A stretch of 58,335 nt of DNA, counting the filler, from Gonapodya sp. JEL0774 (Eukaryota): the NCBI GenBank assembly GCA_027604505.1. It is 7 parts of 7 records of this genome, joined end to end, with 100 filler letters (N's around TTAATTAATTAA, not from the genome) between each part and the next. Parts side by side here need not be neighbours in the genome. Positions count along the whole stretch, not along the records: positions 25,214 to 33,452 come from JADIIX010000467.1; positions 33,553 to 41,773 come from JADIIX010000468.1; 5 more parts are not named here. The stretch is one strand, 5' to 3'. Under the pieces are notes generated by a model that saw nothing but the letters and a program-made list of their open reading frames with translations, was not told where the DNA came from and searched no databases. Below are positions 25,967-38,007 of this stretch, piece after piece (the stretch's first letter is position 1; the number at the start of each line of letters is the position of its first letter). A program made the position numbers and the translations under genes.

Positions 25967-27150
25967 GGTGGAGCAGCGAACATGTGTATTTAATATTTAT
26001 TGTATATGTAATTCTTGAATGTTAGTGGTACTTTTCGTTGCGTTTCAGAAGTGCAAATGATGACGTCCCGCGTTCAGCTGTTGACAGTGGACAGGCCCAA
26101 CAGCGACGTCAACGAACCAAACGGTCAAACAGTCGCTAACCACTTCCAAATGGAAATGAATTTATAAAAAAAACGTGAGAATCTATTGATGCTTTCCGTG
26201 GAGTGATCTGGGATGGTGCACAAGGCACGTTTTGTTCTGGTTGCGGGTATTGGTATTCGATGAAGTTCGCTTAGGTGCGACCAAGTGGTAGTTGGACACC
26301 ATGGATCTCTCAGTTGCTCGATCTCACATTGCCTTGCGGGAGGGAGGAGATCCAATGAGGCTCCTAATGCACAGCACCTTCAGGCACTTTAAGAATCTTT
26401 CAGAGGTCTCCTTTGCAGCAATCGAAGGTGGCACCCGAGACATTAGCGGGAGCTCGCAACTGTATCAATGACATGGGTATGGCATTGTTGGAGGTACGGA
26501 AACAGCAAGCCATGTGATTTCTTGTAATGCACCACAAACGGTCCGAATTGTTCAAGGGCCAGGATGGGTTTGGTTCCAGGCTGGGGAGGTCCGCATCTCG
26601 GCCTCTAACAACAGCAAGTGTATGGAAATGTGGTGACGACCAGACTGACTAGGTGCCAAGAATTGTTGGTGCAACGGAAGCTGTTTGATTGCTCAGAACA
26701 AGTTGAAAGCACTAGTAATGCTAGTTTACATTACTAATCAATGCGGATCATAATATTGGAGTTCTTCGTTCAATATTAGCTTTTACACTTGATTTAAAGC
26801 AAGAATCTCAAAGTCTTTTGATGTTAGCATTGCTCAGGTGTGTTCAAATGTGACACGCTGTAGCAGGCGTGGGCAGAGTCAAAAACTCACCGTGACACAG
26901 TGACCTCATCAGATCGTTCCTTTGGAGTCACTGTGGTCATGAAAGGACAAGGTGATCCTCCCCCAGTGTCATAGATTGAACAGCAAAACATGCTCCCAGC
27001 AGGGGGGGACAGCCTTCTCGACCTGCCCGTTGGTGAAATTGAACATCAGTCAATGTTGCACATTTTGGTACAAGACACACACTACTGATTGTGGTATTTA
27101 TTTCTCGGGTTAGTCTACAGAGAACTGCACTAAAATCATTCTGCTTTTCA

Positions 27151-29292
27151 TCAAAGTACAATCGCCGAGCTTTTGACAGTTGAAGTCTTTTGGACTTCAC
27201 TAGATGGCGGTAAAGACGTAGTATTGCGTTTTACCAGAGATTTGTTCTCTGCAAGAGCAGTGTATCCAGAGCCCAACTCATTAGAATAGTCGAGTACGTC
27301 ATGGCAATCTACTTACGTTTCAAGGCATCGGCGAAAGCCTTTATCATCATCAAGAAATTATCTTGTGTTGAGTAAACTTCCTTAACCACTGACAGACGGG
27401 TGGATGTCTTTCCTTCGCGGATGTCCGAAAAATCAAACTTGGTCGCCTTCTTCATCATATCTAAAATGTCTTCAAGCGGTTTGGTGATAAAGAGCCAAGA
27501 GAACATGAGAGATAAGATGGCAAGCACAATAATCACACCAACGGCTAGCATTGTGGCGTTATTGACATATTATCAATGACGAAGGTTTGGTGAGCTGCAT
27601 TCCGACAAAATGTCTTAAAACATCGCAAACTCACCAGAGAGTATCACAATTAACGTAGAGCGTCGGCCATCAGATTCAAGATTGGATCTGAGCTGTAGCG
27701 TATCTCCGACATAATCTGAAAGAGGCCTGCAAGGACATCATTCTTCCTGAACCAATATCTAACAAGTTATTGCCAACAGCGCATGAAGCTCACGCTGCCA
27801 CAACAATAATAAACTGGAACCCATAAATTCTCAAGCTGGTCACCTTGAAGAGGGTTCCGTCTCTATTCCAAGTTGTATCGGGAATACTTGCCAGGTCTCC
27901 GTTGGCGAAGTCATACACAGTTCTTGAGGAGATATTAAGCAGGGGATAAGAGGCTCTGTCAAAATCAAAGATGGTTTTGAGAGACGTTACACCGGTACTG
28001 GGGTTGATCTTCTTCAAAGCCTGGCAAATTTAATTGTGAGACACTTGATTGTTCGTGAAAAGAATCCTATTCTACTCTTCTTTTCTCACCTCGAACTGTG
28101 CCGTGAAGTTACCGGCAAAACCCGAAAGGGCCAAAATCTCAGCCTTGGTGGAGAGTATGTAGAGGAGCGAATTTGCTGACATGGTTTTCTTGACCAGATC
28201 CATAAAGCTGCTGACAGTTTCAATTGTTACAGAGAGACTTGCTGTCCCGACGGGTTCCCCACTGCCATCGTAAATGCCCACATAGAGTTTTTGGAGTATT
28301 GCTGTACCTCTGATGTCAGGATTGCCAAGTATTCTTTGACCTCGAGGTATGCTCACGAATTGAAGCGGAGAAATTATCCGAACAGGATAACTGATGTTGA
28401 CAATCACCGGACCGTCAGTCATTGTAATGGGATCAAATGGAGCGATGATTGCATTTCCTCCAGTCGAAGTCGAGCCAAAGCACATCCTGGAGCATGTCAC
28501 GTTGGTGGTCCATATGTAAATTAAGAGCTTGCTGGTAGTAAGGGAATCCAATGGTGAGCCAGTGGGACTGATGGAGACCGTGTTTGTTTGGTTAATCTGA
28601 GAGACAGTAGCTGTGACTGTGTCAGTGAGGTTGTAGTTCGCCAAAGTAGTATAGATTAAGGGAGGTAGAGCACTTTAGGAAACAACCGTTCAGTGAACGA
28701 GACGTAACTTTTCAGGGAAGGGTAGGCGCGTGACGCTCACTCGAAGTCGGATAAAGATACCAGCCCACGCTCTATTGGCACACCAATGCTTAGAGCAGCT
28801 GAAACCATCTGGTTGTTTGGAGCAGCAGGAACTAAATATGTACGGCCGATAATCAAACAACATTCACAGAGACTCACATTTCCATAGAAGGAAGATATCC
28901 GTTCTGAAATATACCTGTTTGCATCATTTTGCTGGGCAAATGCAAGAGCGAGGATGCTTTGAGTGGCTTTTCATGTTGATCGATTGATTTTGAAGAGATA
29001 TTGTATGCAATCAGGTGGGCAACGTAAGGCTGCGGTGCATGCACAGTGGAACAGATTCCAATCCCAACTTACCCTGATCCGATGACTTTACAATGCTGCT
29101 GTTGTTTGTGGATATCCCCATCCCCACGGTGATGAGGGCTATTGCCACAGTGCTACAAAGTATGTAAATCAGATTGAGATGAGCACGGAACTTCTCCGAG
29201 TGAGATTACTTTGTTAGCACAAGCATAATGATCACAACTCGGAGGCTGAGACTGTGGAAACCCGTCGATGCCTGGACGTGAGATTCTGCCAT
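27151..29292 (-). CDS. Two-TM membrane sensor: extracellular Cache-like domain + HAMP-like linker, no output domain
   Basis: TM1 VVIIMLVLT|TVAIALITVGMGI. Cache-like GEPVGTASLSVTIETVSSFM..LLYILSTKAEILALS and FIIVVAA|PLSDYVG. TM2 MLAVGVIIVLAILSLMFSWLF. HAMP-like ITKPLEDILDMMKKATKFDFS..SVVKEVYSTQDNFLMMIKAFA. A tail of about 35 aa ends at TGA 27151. Confidence 0.75.
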
Positions 29293-30729
29293 GATTGCGT
29301 CGTTGGTGTCAGTGAGACCGCACACAGAGCCTTAGGACACTGAACTTCGCAAGTCTGGGATTGCTCAGGTAGACATGCGTGCTCCGTACGATCATGAATG
29401 TTTCAAGTGCGAACGCGTCTGTATACAACCGAAGTATGTGGATGGTAATGATTCCGAGCGAGCACATCCATCAGGTTCGAGTGGACGGGCTCCCGCATCG
29501 AAGGAAAAACTTACGACTTTAGCACTCTTCTCACCGGTTTTGGTCTCTCGAATTCCCCCATCTTTGCGATAGCTGGGTCAATGTGCAAAGGATGCAAATC
29601 GCTCGAAGCCCCGGATAACTGGGTTGGTCTGGAAATCAGAAACCCGCTTCGGCCACAATGCTGCCCCTCCAGAGCGGCCGAAGCGGCCGGAGCACCTCAG
29701 CGTATGTGCCAGTCCACCACACCTATGGAGCACATCTGGATTAAATCTGGAGTGCTGCTGGAGTTACACCAGAGCACGTCCGGATTGGGTTAACAACACC
29801 CCGGAACTAGCTGCCACTTCCACCCCTATCCTCTATAATCACTCTAATGTAATCAAAAATGTGTATTAATCCTGTAGATCTAACTTCTACTTACAAATGC
29901 CCTGCTGCTCATGCCTGGTCTCCAGAATTCATCCCATTGAAACTGCACGACTATGGGAGAGCACAGGTCGAACTCACGTTTTGTTTGCTCGCTCAGCACA
30001 AAAATGCCACGAGAATAAAAGTTGCACACGTATCGTGTCTCTGTGACAACCCACCGCCACCGGTGCCGTGGGATGTTCGGTTTCGACGCTCGCTCGCTGA
30101 GGAACCGACCCCACACCCCAAACTCCCCAACTGCCCATGCCGACTCCGATCCCCCCATCGCCACCATACGCTCCGCCAAACACACCTGCTTCCTCTTACT
30201 TCCCCCCGCCTACCGAGCCCGATCTCATAGTGTCCCACAACCTCCGTCCATTCCAGTTCCCGACGTTTGCACGTAAAAGTCACCCAATGGCGGAGAATTC
30301 CGGGGGGCGGAAATGTGATTCGAACCGTTCGGGTGCTTCATCAAGAGGTGCGATTGTGATTCGCGAGGCTTGGTTGCCGGTCTGTATTTCTCAGCGATCG
30401 CAGTGTCATGGTGTGAGGGTGCGCTTTGGACTTAGCGAGCCAATCTCGGTTCGGTGGTTCATTTGTCAAAAGCTGCGCATTCTGCTTCTTCTTCGTTTCT
30501 CGTATGTAGTATCGACGTTCGCTTTTTGGTGTCCCGAATCTGAACCTCGAACAGTACAACTCTCTTCTCTCCCCTGTTGACCAATTTCATCATCCAAGAC
30601 GGCGCATCAGAATCTCTTTCTCCGCAACAGCTTCAAGATCTTCCGCGGCGCGAGCGCGGGCTTGTTTGTCGTGTCGTACGTGAAGGCCCGAGGGTTGGAA
30701 CCGATGACATAAGAAAGGATAGGGGGGGG

Positions 30730-31910
30730 NNNNNNNNNNNNNNNNNNNNNNNNNNNNNNNNNNNNNNNNNNNNNNNNNNNNNNNNNNNNNNNNCCCACGA
30801 AGGAGAAGTAGCTTAGGATGCGGCTCGCACGGGGTTTGTGGAGTACCGACGTCGCAACGTGGCCCCCTACGTCTCCCAAGACAAGAACGTCGCTGGTTTG
30901 GAGTTTGCGGAGAGTGGAGACTACCACCAACCACGAACGCGGCATGGGGTGTGGAGTGTGAAGTGTGGAATGTGAATCCTGACCACCACACCGCACAGAG
31001 GGGACACCACGGCGTCACGGACGGTGCCGATCACGGTGACAATCACGTAAGTTCTTTCGCCGATCGCCCATCCGCGACCAAGACCCGGCGACACCACGCG
31101 TGGGCCGTAAACTGATACGGGTGGGTGCGGTGTGCTGTGTGCGGTGTGCTGTGTGCGGGGTGCGGGGGGTGGAGCCGGTGGGCGTCGGGGTCGGAAAATG
31201 GTGTCGACGCGGAAAGCCGGGCACGTGGTGCGTCTCGTGAGTCGCTTCTGGTTGTGCGAGTAAGGGAGTGCGTGCGTGCGTGGTGTGGGTGTTGGAAGGA
31301 CGAGGTGGTGGGAAGAGGAAGGGGGTGGTGGGCGGGACATCCAGGCACCAACTCGGCTCGCTCTGCTCTCGCCAAGCGATTCCGGGTTCCCGCCCGACTC
31401 GACTCCCCAACCCGACTCCACCACCTGACCTGACCTGTCCAACCTCGAGTCCACCAGTCCTCGTCAGCAGATCCGGCGCGGAAGGGAACAGAACGGAAGA
31501 GGCTTCCCACAGGACTGTACGCTGATGGGGGGAAAGGCGAAGCGGAAGAAGGGAGAGCTGAAGGGAAGGGAAAGAGGGGAAGGGCGAGACAGGGAGCACG
31601 AAGGGGCGGCAGGGCAGCGGTTATTTGGGGGGCAGGAAAGGGTCGAGGTTCGTGGTTCGAGTTTGGTTGTTCGTTTACATCGTTTGTTTCGTTGTTTCGG
31701 GTTTTCGGTTTGTCGGGTCCACGCTCGTGAGCCATCTCTGTGGTGGACCTCGTTTATTCTTTCATTCCGTTGTGTGTGCGTGTGTGTGTGGGGAGAGGGG
31801 GAGGGGGGGGGGGGGGNNNNNNNNNNCCCCCCGCCCGCCCCGCCCCCCCGGCCCGCGCCCCGGCCCCCCCCCGGCCGCGGCCCCCCCCCCCCCCCGCCCG
31901 GGCCCGCGAA
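30730..31910. repeat. Low-complexity, G/T-skewed segment bounded by assembly gaps and poly-G/poly-C tracts
   Basis: Gaps at 30730-30793 and 31817-31826, each preceded by a G-run. (GTGTGCG/T)n near 31120-31165, (GT)n near 31770-31790, C-rich tract at 31827-31905. Confidence 0.7.
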
Positions 31911-32270
31911 TAGAGGAGGTTGGGGCAGAGGACAGCTGGAGTGTGCACACGATGCATGCCGGATTGATTGTATAGCAGGAGTGCGCCGATTCGAAAGTGC
32001 AGTTAACCGGTGCGCTGTCGAGGATTGCCTTCGAGAGTCATATGGCTGTGTCACAAAAATACCCTAACAGAGCTGATCTCAATATTCTGAATGCGACTCA
32101 TGTACCTCCTCTTGGGATCTTGGGATACATTAATCCTTGTATTATGCTCGCTGCAAGCTCTTATGTACAATTATAAATCCAACTGAGTAAACAAAGTCAA
32201 ACCTCCCCTCGGCAAGCCCCTCCCGTACTCCCGGAACTGCCCAAGACAGAGACCGCAAGAGGCCGGAGAG

Positions 32271-33452
32271 ATGCTCCCCATCGGAGAATTTTTCAAATTA
32301 ATTACTTGGGCTCTTGAGAAAAACGTCGCAGACGGATCGGCTCAAGCGCGCGACGACGGGACCGCCCATGGCACCGGAATCCTCGGGGCTTGGAAAACAA
32401 CAATCGTCCGATCCCACTTTTCTCCATTGGCCTCTCCAATCGGGAGAGAAGACACGCCTGAGTCCACATCGTTGGTGCCTGACAACTGGCAAACCGCGCT
32501 TTTGTCACCATTCGATGGAGCCGTACCTTCTCAACCAGCCGACGTGGCCCCAACGCGGGAATACATTCCCGATGATACGGAAAATTGGCAACTGCGATCC
32601 TTCCGCCTCCCACTGGAAGTCTAGACCCAAATTCAAATTGATGAAGAAGTTGAACGAGGCCAGAATTCCTTGGACATCCCTCCACCACCCGCTCATGTCT
32701 CGAAAGGTGTAGCCGCGAACACAACGATCTCTGAGCTTGCGAAAATTCCAGAGCTCTGGGAAATCAAAGAATCTGACTTGGTTTGCTCTGTCACCGATGT
32801 GCTCGGAGGAGGAGGATATGGTACTGTGTACCGCGGAACATGGCTCAAGGACATTGACGTCGCAGTCAAGATTGTAAAGTTTAAAGAAGGATTGACATGA
32901 AGGTGAGAGACGCTGTTCAGTAGACTGCTCAGCTGTACTGACCTTGCTGACCTTTTGCAGTCTTTTGACGACGAGGCAACCACGTGGTACAACTTGACCT
33001 CTGACCATGTACTGCGTTTGTACGGTATCGTGAGGCGTGGAAAGATGTTTGCTTTCGTCTCGCCAGTCCTCGAGCATGGGAGTGTGCCGAGCTACCTCAA
33101 ACGATTTTCCCAAGACGAAACTCTACGGCGAAAAGAAGTACTTTGGCTCGTGAGTTCATATCTTCATTTTGGAGCATTACTCTTTATTGCATAGTGTGCA
33201 ATTTCTTTCTGTATCGCTTGATTTTTTAGCTTCTGGATATTGCTCGGGGGTTGGAATACGTGCACGGTGTGGGCATCGGCCACGCCGATATGTCTCCCGA
33301 CCATGCTCTTGTGGACAGAAGGAAACATGCAGTTCTGACCGATTTTAGAACTCCGAAATTCCTGAGCGCTGCGACATCTGACGCAACTGGTGGTCGGGTT
33401 GGGAAGGCGCGGTACATGTCACCGGAACGATTGCGCGGGGAGGGGACAACAA
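32271..33452 (+). pseudogene. Disabled TKL-family protein kinase; 3'-truncated
   Basis: LGGGGYGTVYRGTW..VAVK, F..EA..W..L..HVL.LYG, LLDIARGLEYVH and YMSPERL are present. Lesions: in-frame TAG at 32622-32624, a frameshift/stop before the donor at about 32900, and degenerate catalytic motifs HADMSPDH and DFR. Confidence 0.8.
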
Positions 33453-33552
33453 NNNNNNNNNNNNNNNNNNNNNNNNNNNNNNNNNNNNNNNNNNNNTTAA
33501 TTAATTAANNNNNNNNNNNNNNNNNNNNNNNNNNNNNNNNNNNNNNNNNNNN
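33453..33552. other. Artificial contig linker
   Basis: 44 N + TTAATTAATTAA + 44 N. Confidence 0.98.
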
Positions 33553-36500
33553 GTGACCGAAGTAGCCAGAGCCGAAACGGACGAGTTAAAACACGAGAAA
33601 CGAGAATGGTGGCAAGGTTGCTCGTGGACCGGTGATGGTTTGATGAGTGGATGGACGAATGTGAGCGGGCGATCCGGTTCGAATTAAATCTTCAAGCACG
33701 TCACCCGTCATACAACTCTCATTTCCACAAATAGACCGGTCAAATCCGCACGTACCGCCTCCTTCCTGCACCACCGACCTCCTCAACCCGCCCTCTCACC
33801 CACTCCGCCACTGTCCGTCCTATCCCTCCTTCCCTTACTCCCTCACACCTCGCCACGCCACCCGCATCACCTTCTTCGTCTCCCGCACCTCATCAACTAC
33901 CAGACCCAGTAACGAGCATTCTCCCAGCGCAAACCAATGAGCGCACGTGGACAGCGGTGACGGTGTGGTCATGTGGATCCGGTGCATGGATTGGTGAAGG
34001 GAGAGTAGGTTCTGCGAACGCTTCCACTAAAGGTTCTAGGGTTTCTGGTCCAAATGATACTCAAGAATTGTGGCAGGAAACGTGGGAGGTTCCACATGCT
34101 GGTGTACAGGGTGGGCAGAGTACGGACATAAAGGGAACAGTCGTAGCTGCAGTGGGGGAGAAGGTCGCCGTGGGGTACGGTAAGTCGGACGTTCCTCTTA
34201 TGTGTAGAGAAGTAGCCGTCCTAAAATTTTTCACCTGTTTGCTGATTTTTAATTGTTGTTTATTGCTTCCATCATAGAGGATGGTTCCATCACACTCGGA
34301 CCTTTGTCGTTGGTTTTCTCCAATACCGCTCCCACACCACCACCAACTTCACCCTCCTCTCTTAGTTCCCCTTCGCCCTCTCCCGCAATTTTTCACCTTC
34401 ACCAACATACCTCCCCCATCCTTTGTCTCACTTCCTTCACCACCCCATCCCGAACGGTCCTTATCTCCGGCTCATCCGACTCGTCTCTCCGGTTTTGGGA
34501 CTGCGGGACGGGTAAATGTCTCGCAAAAAGGGATGATCATGCAGGGGGCTGTGTAGGCGCTGCAGTGATTGGGAAGAGTGGAACCCGGTGGGACGGATGC
34601 ATCGTGGCGTGGTGGGGCGATGGGGGCATTAGTGTCATCGAGTCGGAGGGCTTCGTGACGTGAGTTGAATCAACTCTGAACTGAAATAGGTTTCTAGTGC
34701 AACTGACTCTTGCCTTGTGGTCTGCACTAGCCTTCTCTCGCTCTCTCATCCGCGACATCGCCCCACTAGCCTATCCTTCCTCGCCACCCACAACAGTTTG
34801 CTTGTATCCTGCTTGGATGGCTCCGTGCTCGTTTGGCGGGAACGCACCGGAGCGCTCGATCGACTTGACGTACATGATTGGGCCAATGAGGTCGGGGAGG
34901 CAAAATTGTTGGTGGACTTTGGATTGTCAGGCATATCGGGAGGGCAAAAATCGATTTTAAGTGGAGTAGGGATAAATCGGATGGGAGGACGTGAGTTTTC
35001 ATTGTGTGAAGAAGGTTTAACGATCAAGGATCTTTCGCAAATTATGTTCTTCCTCTCCAGGCCCGGTTCCCGCACTCGTCCTCTCTGTTCACATCCGGCG
35101 CCTTATCAACGAAAAATACTACAACCGCCCTTCACGGACACCTCCAGAATCACCCCGTCCTACTCGAGCCAACCGCAACCGTGCCGCCCCTTCTTTTGTT
35201 TCTGCCCATCGTCGGGTTCGGACTTCTGAGGACAGTTACGCGGACCGGAGATCTCATTCGAGGACTCCATCAGATGCATTGTCAGTGCTCACGGAGTCTG
35301 TGAAGAAGACCTCAGGCGCGGGTTTAGCAGCGTTGCAGGAGCTGGGAACCGACATGAGGGCTGCGTTAGTAGGCGTGGGAGGGATGAGAACTGAGCCTGG
35401 CCCACCTGTGAGAGTGAAAACACCAGCAAAAGCGCTTGGCGGTCCCGGGAGCGTACCGGAAGCCACCGTGCGGACATCAATTTCGAGAGATGAAGAGGGA
35501 TCCAATGCAATCGTGTTGCAGGTGCCGTCGAACTTTTCCACTACGGAAAAGATTGTGATCCCTGAACACGCTCCGAGAGGTTCACATGGGTCGAAACAAA
35601 CGATGAGACCACAGTCTTTTGTCAGCACGCCTAAATATGGTGAAAATCGGGAGCGCGAAGGCCCTCCCATTCCTCCCATTGTGGACGACACCTTGGGCAA
35701 TTCGGTGCTGTCGTGTCTTTACTCTTGGGGCATTTCTGAGCGTACAGACTCTTTACTCGAGAAGCATGGATTAGAAAAGCCTGGGACATTGTTGAGTGTT
35801 GGCATGAGAGGAGCCGGTGACTTCATCAGTCTGCCGATAGCCAGTGCAGAGCCTGGTCGCGAAGTGGGAGAGTGGGCAATTGGGCCAAGGTACACGGCAT
35901 CTCGATTGACGGCATTGCTGGCAATGGTGTTGGCGTTACTCTCGGAGAAACGTCAGTCCTTGTTATTGTGTCTTTTCAACTACAGACGAGCTACTGACAA
36001 GGTCGAGTTGTGACGTTTTAGGTCGCAGCGGTGGAAATTCTGATGATGATGTCTTGGAACTCGTGACTTTCTTCTGCTCGGACGGTCTGTCATTAGCCGT
36101 CGGGAAAACGTTTGCAAGTCCATCCCTTTCCTTCGTTTCCGCCTTCTGGCAAGATTCTGTCCGTAAGTGCACAATATAGCCCCACACGTTTGGCTGTTCA
36201 GATGAAGATTTTTCTTCCCCACTTATCATTTTGACAATAGCGGAAGTGCAGCAGGCTGCTCGGAGTGTTTTCAGGGGGGTAATGGCTACTCTCACGCCAA
36301 TGGAGAAACAAACGCTGTATAGGAAATGGGCTTCTCGTGGTAATTATCCACCTTAAGCTTGAAGTTTGCTAGTCATTTGAACATGTGGTTCTTCCAATGT
36401 CACAAGTTGAGGATGGGACAACGATCTTCGCGGATGGCACTCGGACTATTACAGATCTCGCCATACGACATACGTTGCTGCTTGGTATTGTTGGCAGTGA

Positions 36501-37874
36501 GGAGGGGGACGACAACCTTGAAATCCAGTGGGTTGAACTGGCGTATCCATTTTCACGACCAAGTCCTCACACGTGTTCGGAATGTGCTGTTCGCAGGGCG
36601 ACTTTCATGGTCGCAAATAACCTGGTGACCATGCTCTCCGAAACCACCAAAATGGTTTATCGTATTGCCGTTGTCGAGATTCTCGCCCGCGGTTTCAACA
36701 CATGGGAGATGCATATCAATAGTGCCAACCTGATTCGTACTTTTTCTTATCTCGCAAACTTCCTTCCCAATATGCCGGGAGCCGCGGTTAGTGTGTCCTC
36801 TTTGTCCCTACCGCTAGGATCTTCACAGAGGACCGATCGAGATTCGCCGACAGAAGCACGGAAGAATGTAGTCGGCGATTCAGGGAAATCTGACACCATT
36901 TTGCCACCAGCGTTGGTTGAGAAAGCTCGTCAAGCTGTTCTGCATGTTGCTACCACGAAGCCAGATCTTTTCGTAAGCGTAATGACATTGGATCTGGGCC
37001 ACGCACCCAGTATGGCAGAAAGAGTTGGGAACTTGAAAGTGTTGACCTTCATTGTCACCAAAGTAAGCTCATCGCACTCCGTTGTGAATGCGGATCGTCG
37101 CTCCCGAATAACAAGTTAACAAAATTTCTCCTCGATTCTCCACTGCCAGCGTCCGACTGTCATCTACTACCATCTCGGCAAGATTCTTGAAGTAGTGGTC
37201 AAACTGCTAGATCCTAATATCCCCAACATGCGCGACAACCTCCTGTCCACTGTTACACTCACGCTCCAGGAGATTGTGAAAATGTACCCGTCGGTCACTT
37301 TCCAGAGTGCGACACAACGCCTCGCTGTAGGAGACCTCAATGGGGAGATTGTGCTCTATGATCTCAAGACTGGAGCACCATGGCAGATCCTGGAAGGAAC
37401 TCCCAAAGCTGTGACTATAGTTTCCTTTTCTCCGGACGGTAAAACTGTGTGCTCTTATTCCGCGGAGGATGCCACGATTCGTTTCTGGCAACCCACTTCA
37501 AACTTATTGGGTATGATGTTTGGAGGTCGGAATGTCAGTGCTGTAAAGCCGATGCGGAGTTACAGGGTTGTTTTTGGTAAGGATGGTGATCCACAGCCTC
37601 CTGGTGAGTTGTCACTGTTCCATTTTGTATGAAGGGATTGGGGATCAGAGTTGAGGGATGATCTGGTGGGGCTAACATCTTCTGGTGCTCATGACAGCCC
37701 CTTCGCCTGCTCAGGCCATTGAAGGCGTTCGCCTTAACTGGCTGTCTGAGAGATCCGTGAAGCTTACAGGTCACAAGGGTTCGTTGGCACACTGCTAATG
37801 CTTGAAATGTTTTCCTCACGGCATCTCATCATCGTATTTTCAAATAAGGTCATACACAGACGTTTTCACTCTGA
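33553..37874 (+). CDS. WDR7: WD-repeat protein WDR7/WDR72 (rabconnectin-3 beta-like); 5' end incomplete
   Basis: WD40 HTSPILCL..LISGSSDSSLRFWD; RIAVVEILARGFNTWEMHI; VKLLDPN..R..YPSVTF..QRLAVG..LYDLKTG..SFSPDGK..YSAEDATIRFWQ..LNWLSERSVKL, the typical WDR7 C-terminus. The last exon is tentative. Confidence 0.82.
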
Positions 37875-38007
37875 TATCATAATGTTTTACCCCGCCATTT
37901 GTACATAGAGAACTAGATCCTTTTTCTAGAGACTTGCCGTATACATGTGTATATGTACTCGGGTTGCAGTGAGCACAAATATCAGGTTCGGTTCCCTCGA
38001 ATCACGA

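Noticed and set aside
25967..27150. 1.2-kb gene-free stretch as a possible transposon remnant or a missing output domain for the Cache-HAMP gene
   Set aside because: I found no terminal repeats, transposase/RT motifs or cyclase/kinase motifs in the short ORFs.
30600..30730. RARACLSCR reading suggestive of a Zn2Cys6 cluster start
   Set aside because: Only two Cys are visible before a gap, no continuation is found after it, and the frame is not established.
4064..32624. In-frame TAA/TAG at 4064, 25472 and 32622, at plausible Gln positions, suggesting a TAR=Gln genetic code as in some aphelids
   Set aside because: Conserved genes here end properly at TAA/TAG (globin, thioesterase, PAQR, aminotransferase, GPCR) and have no internal TAR. 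The affected genes carry other signs of decay, so pseudogenisation is the simpler explanation.
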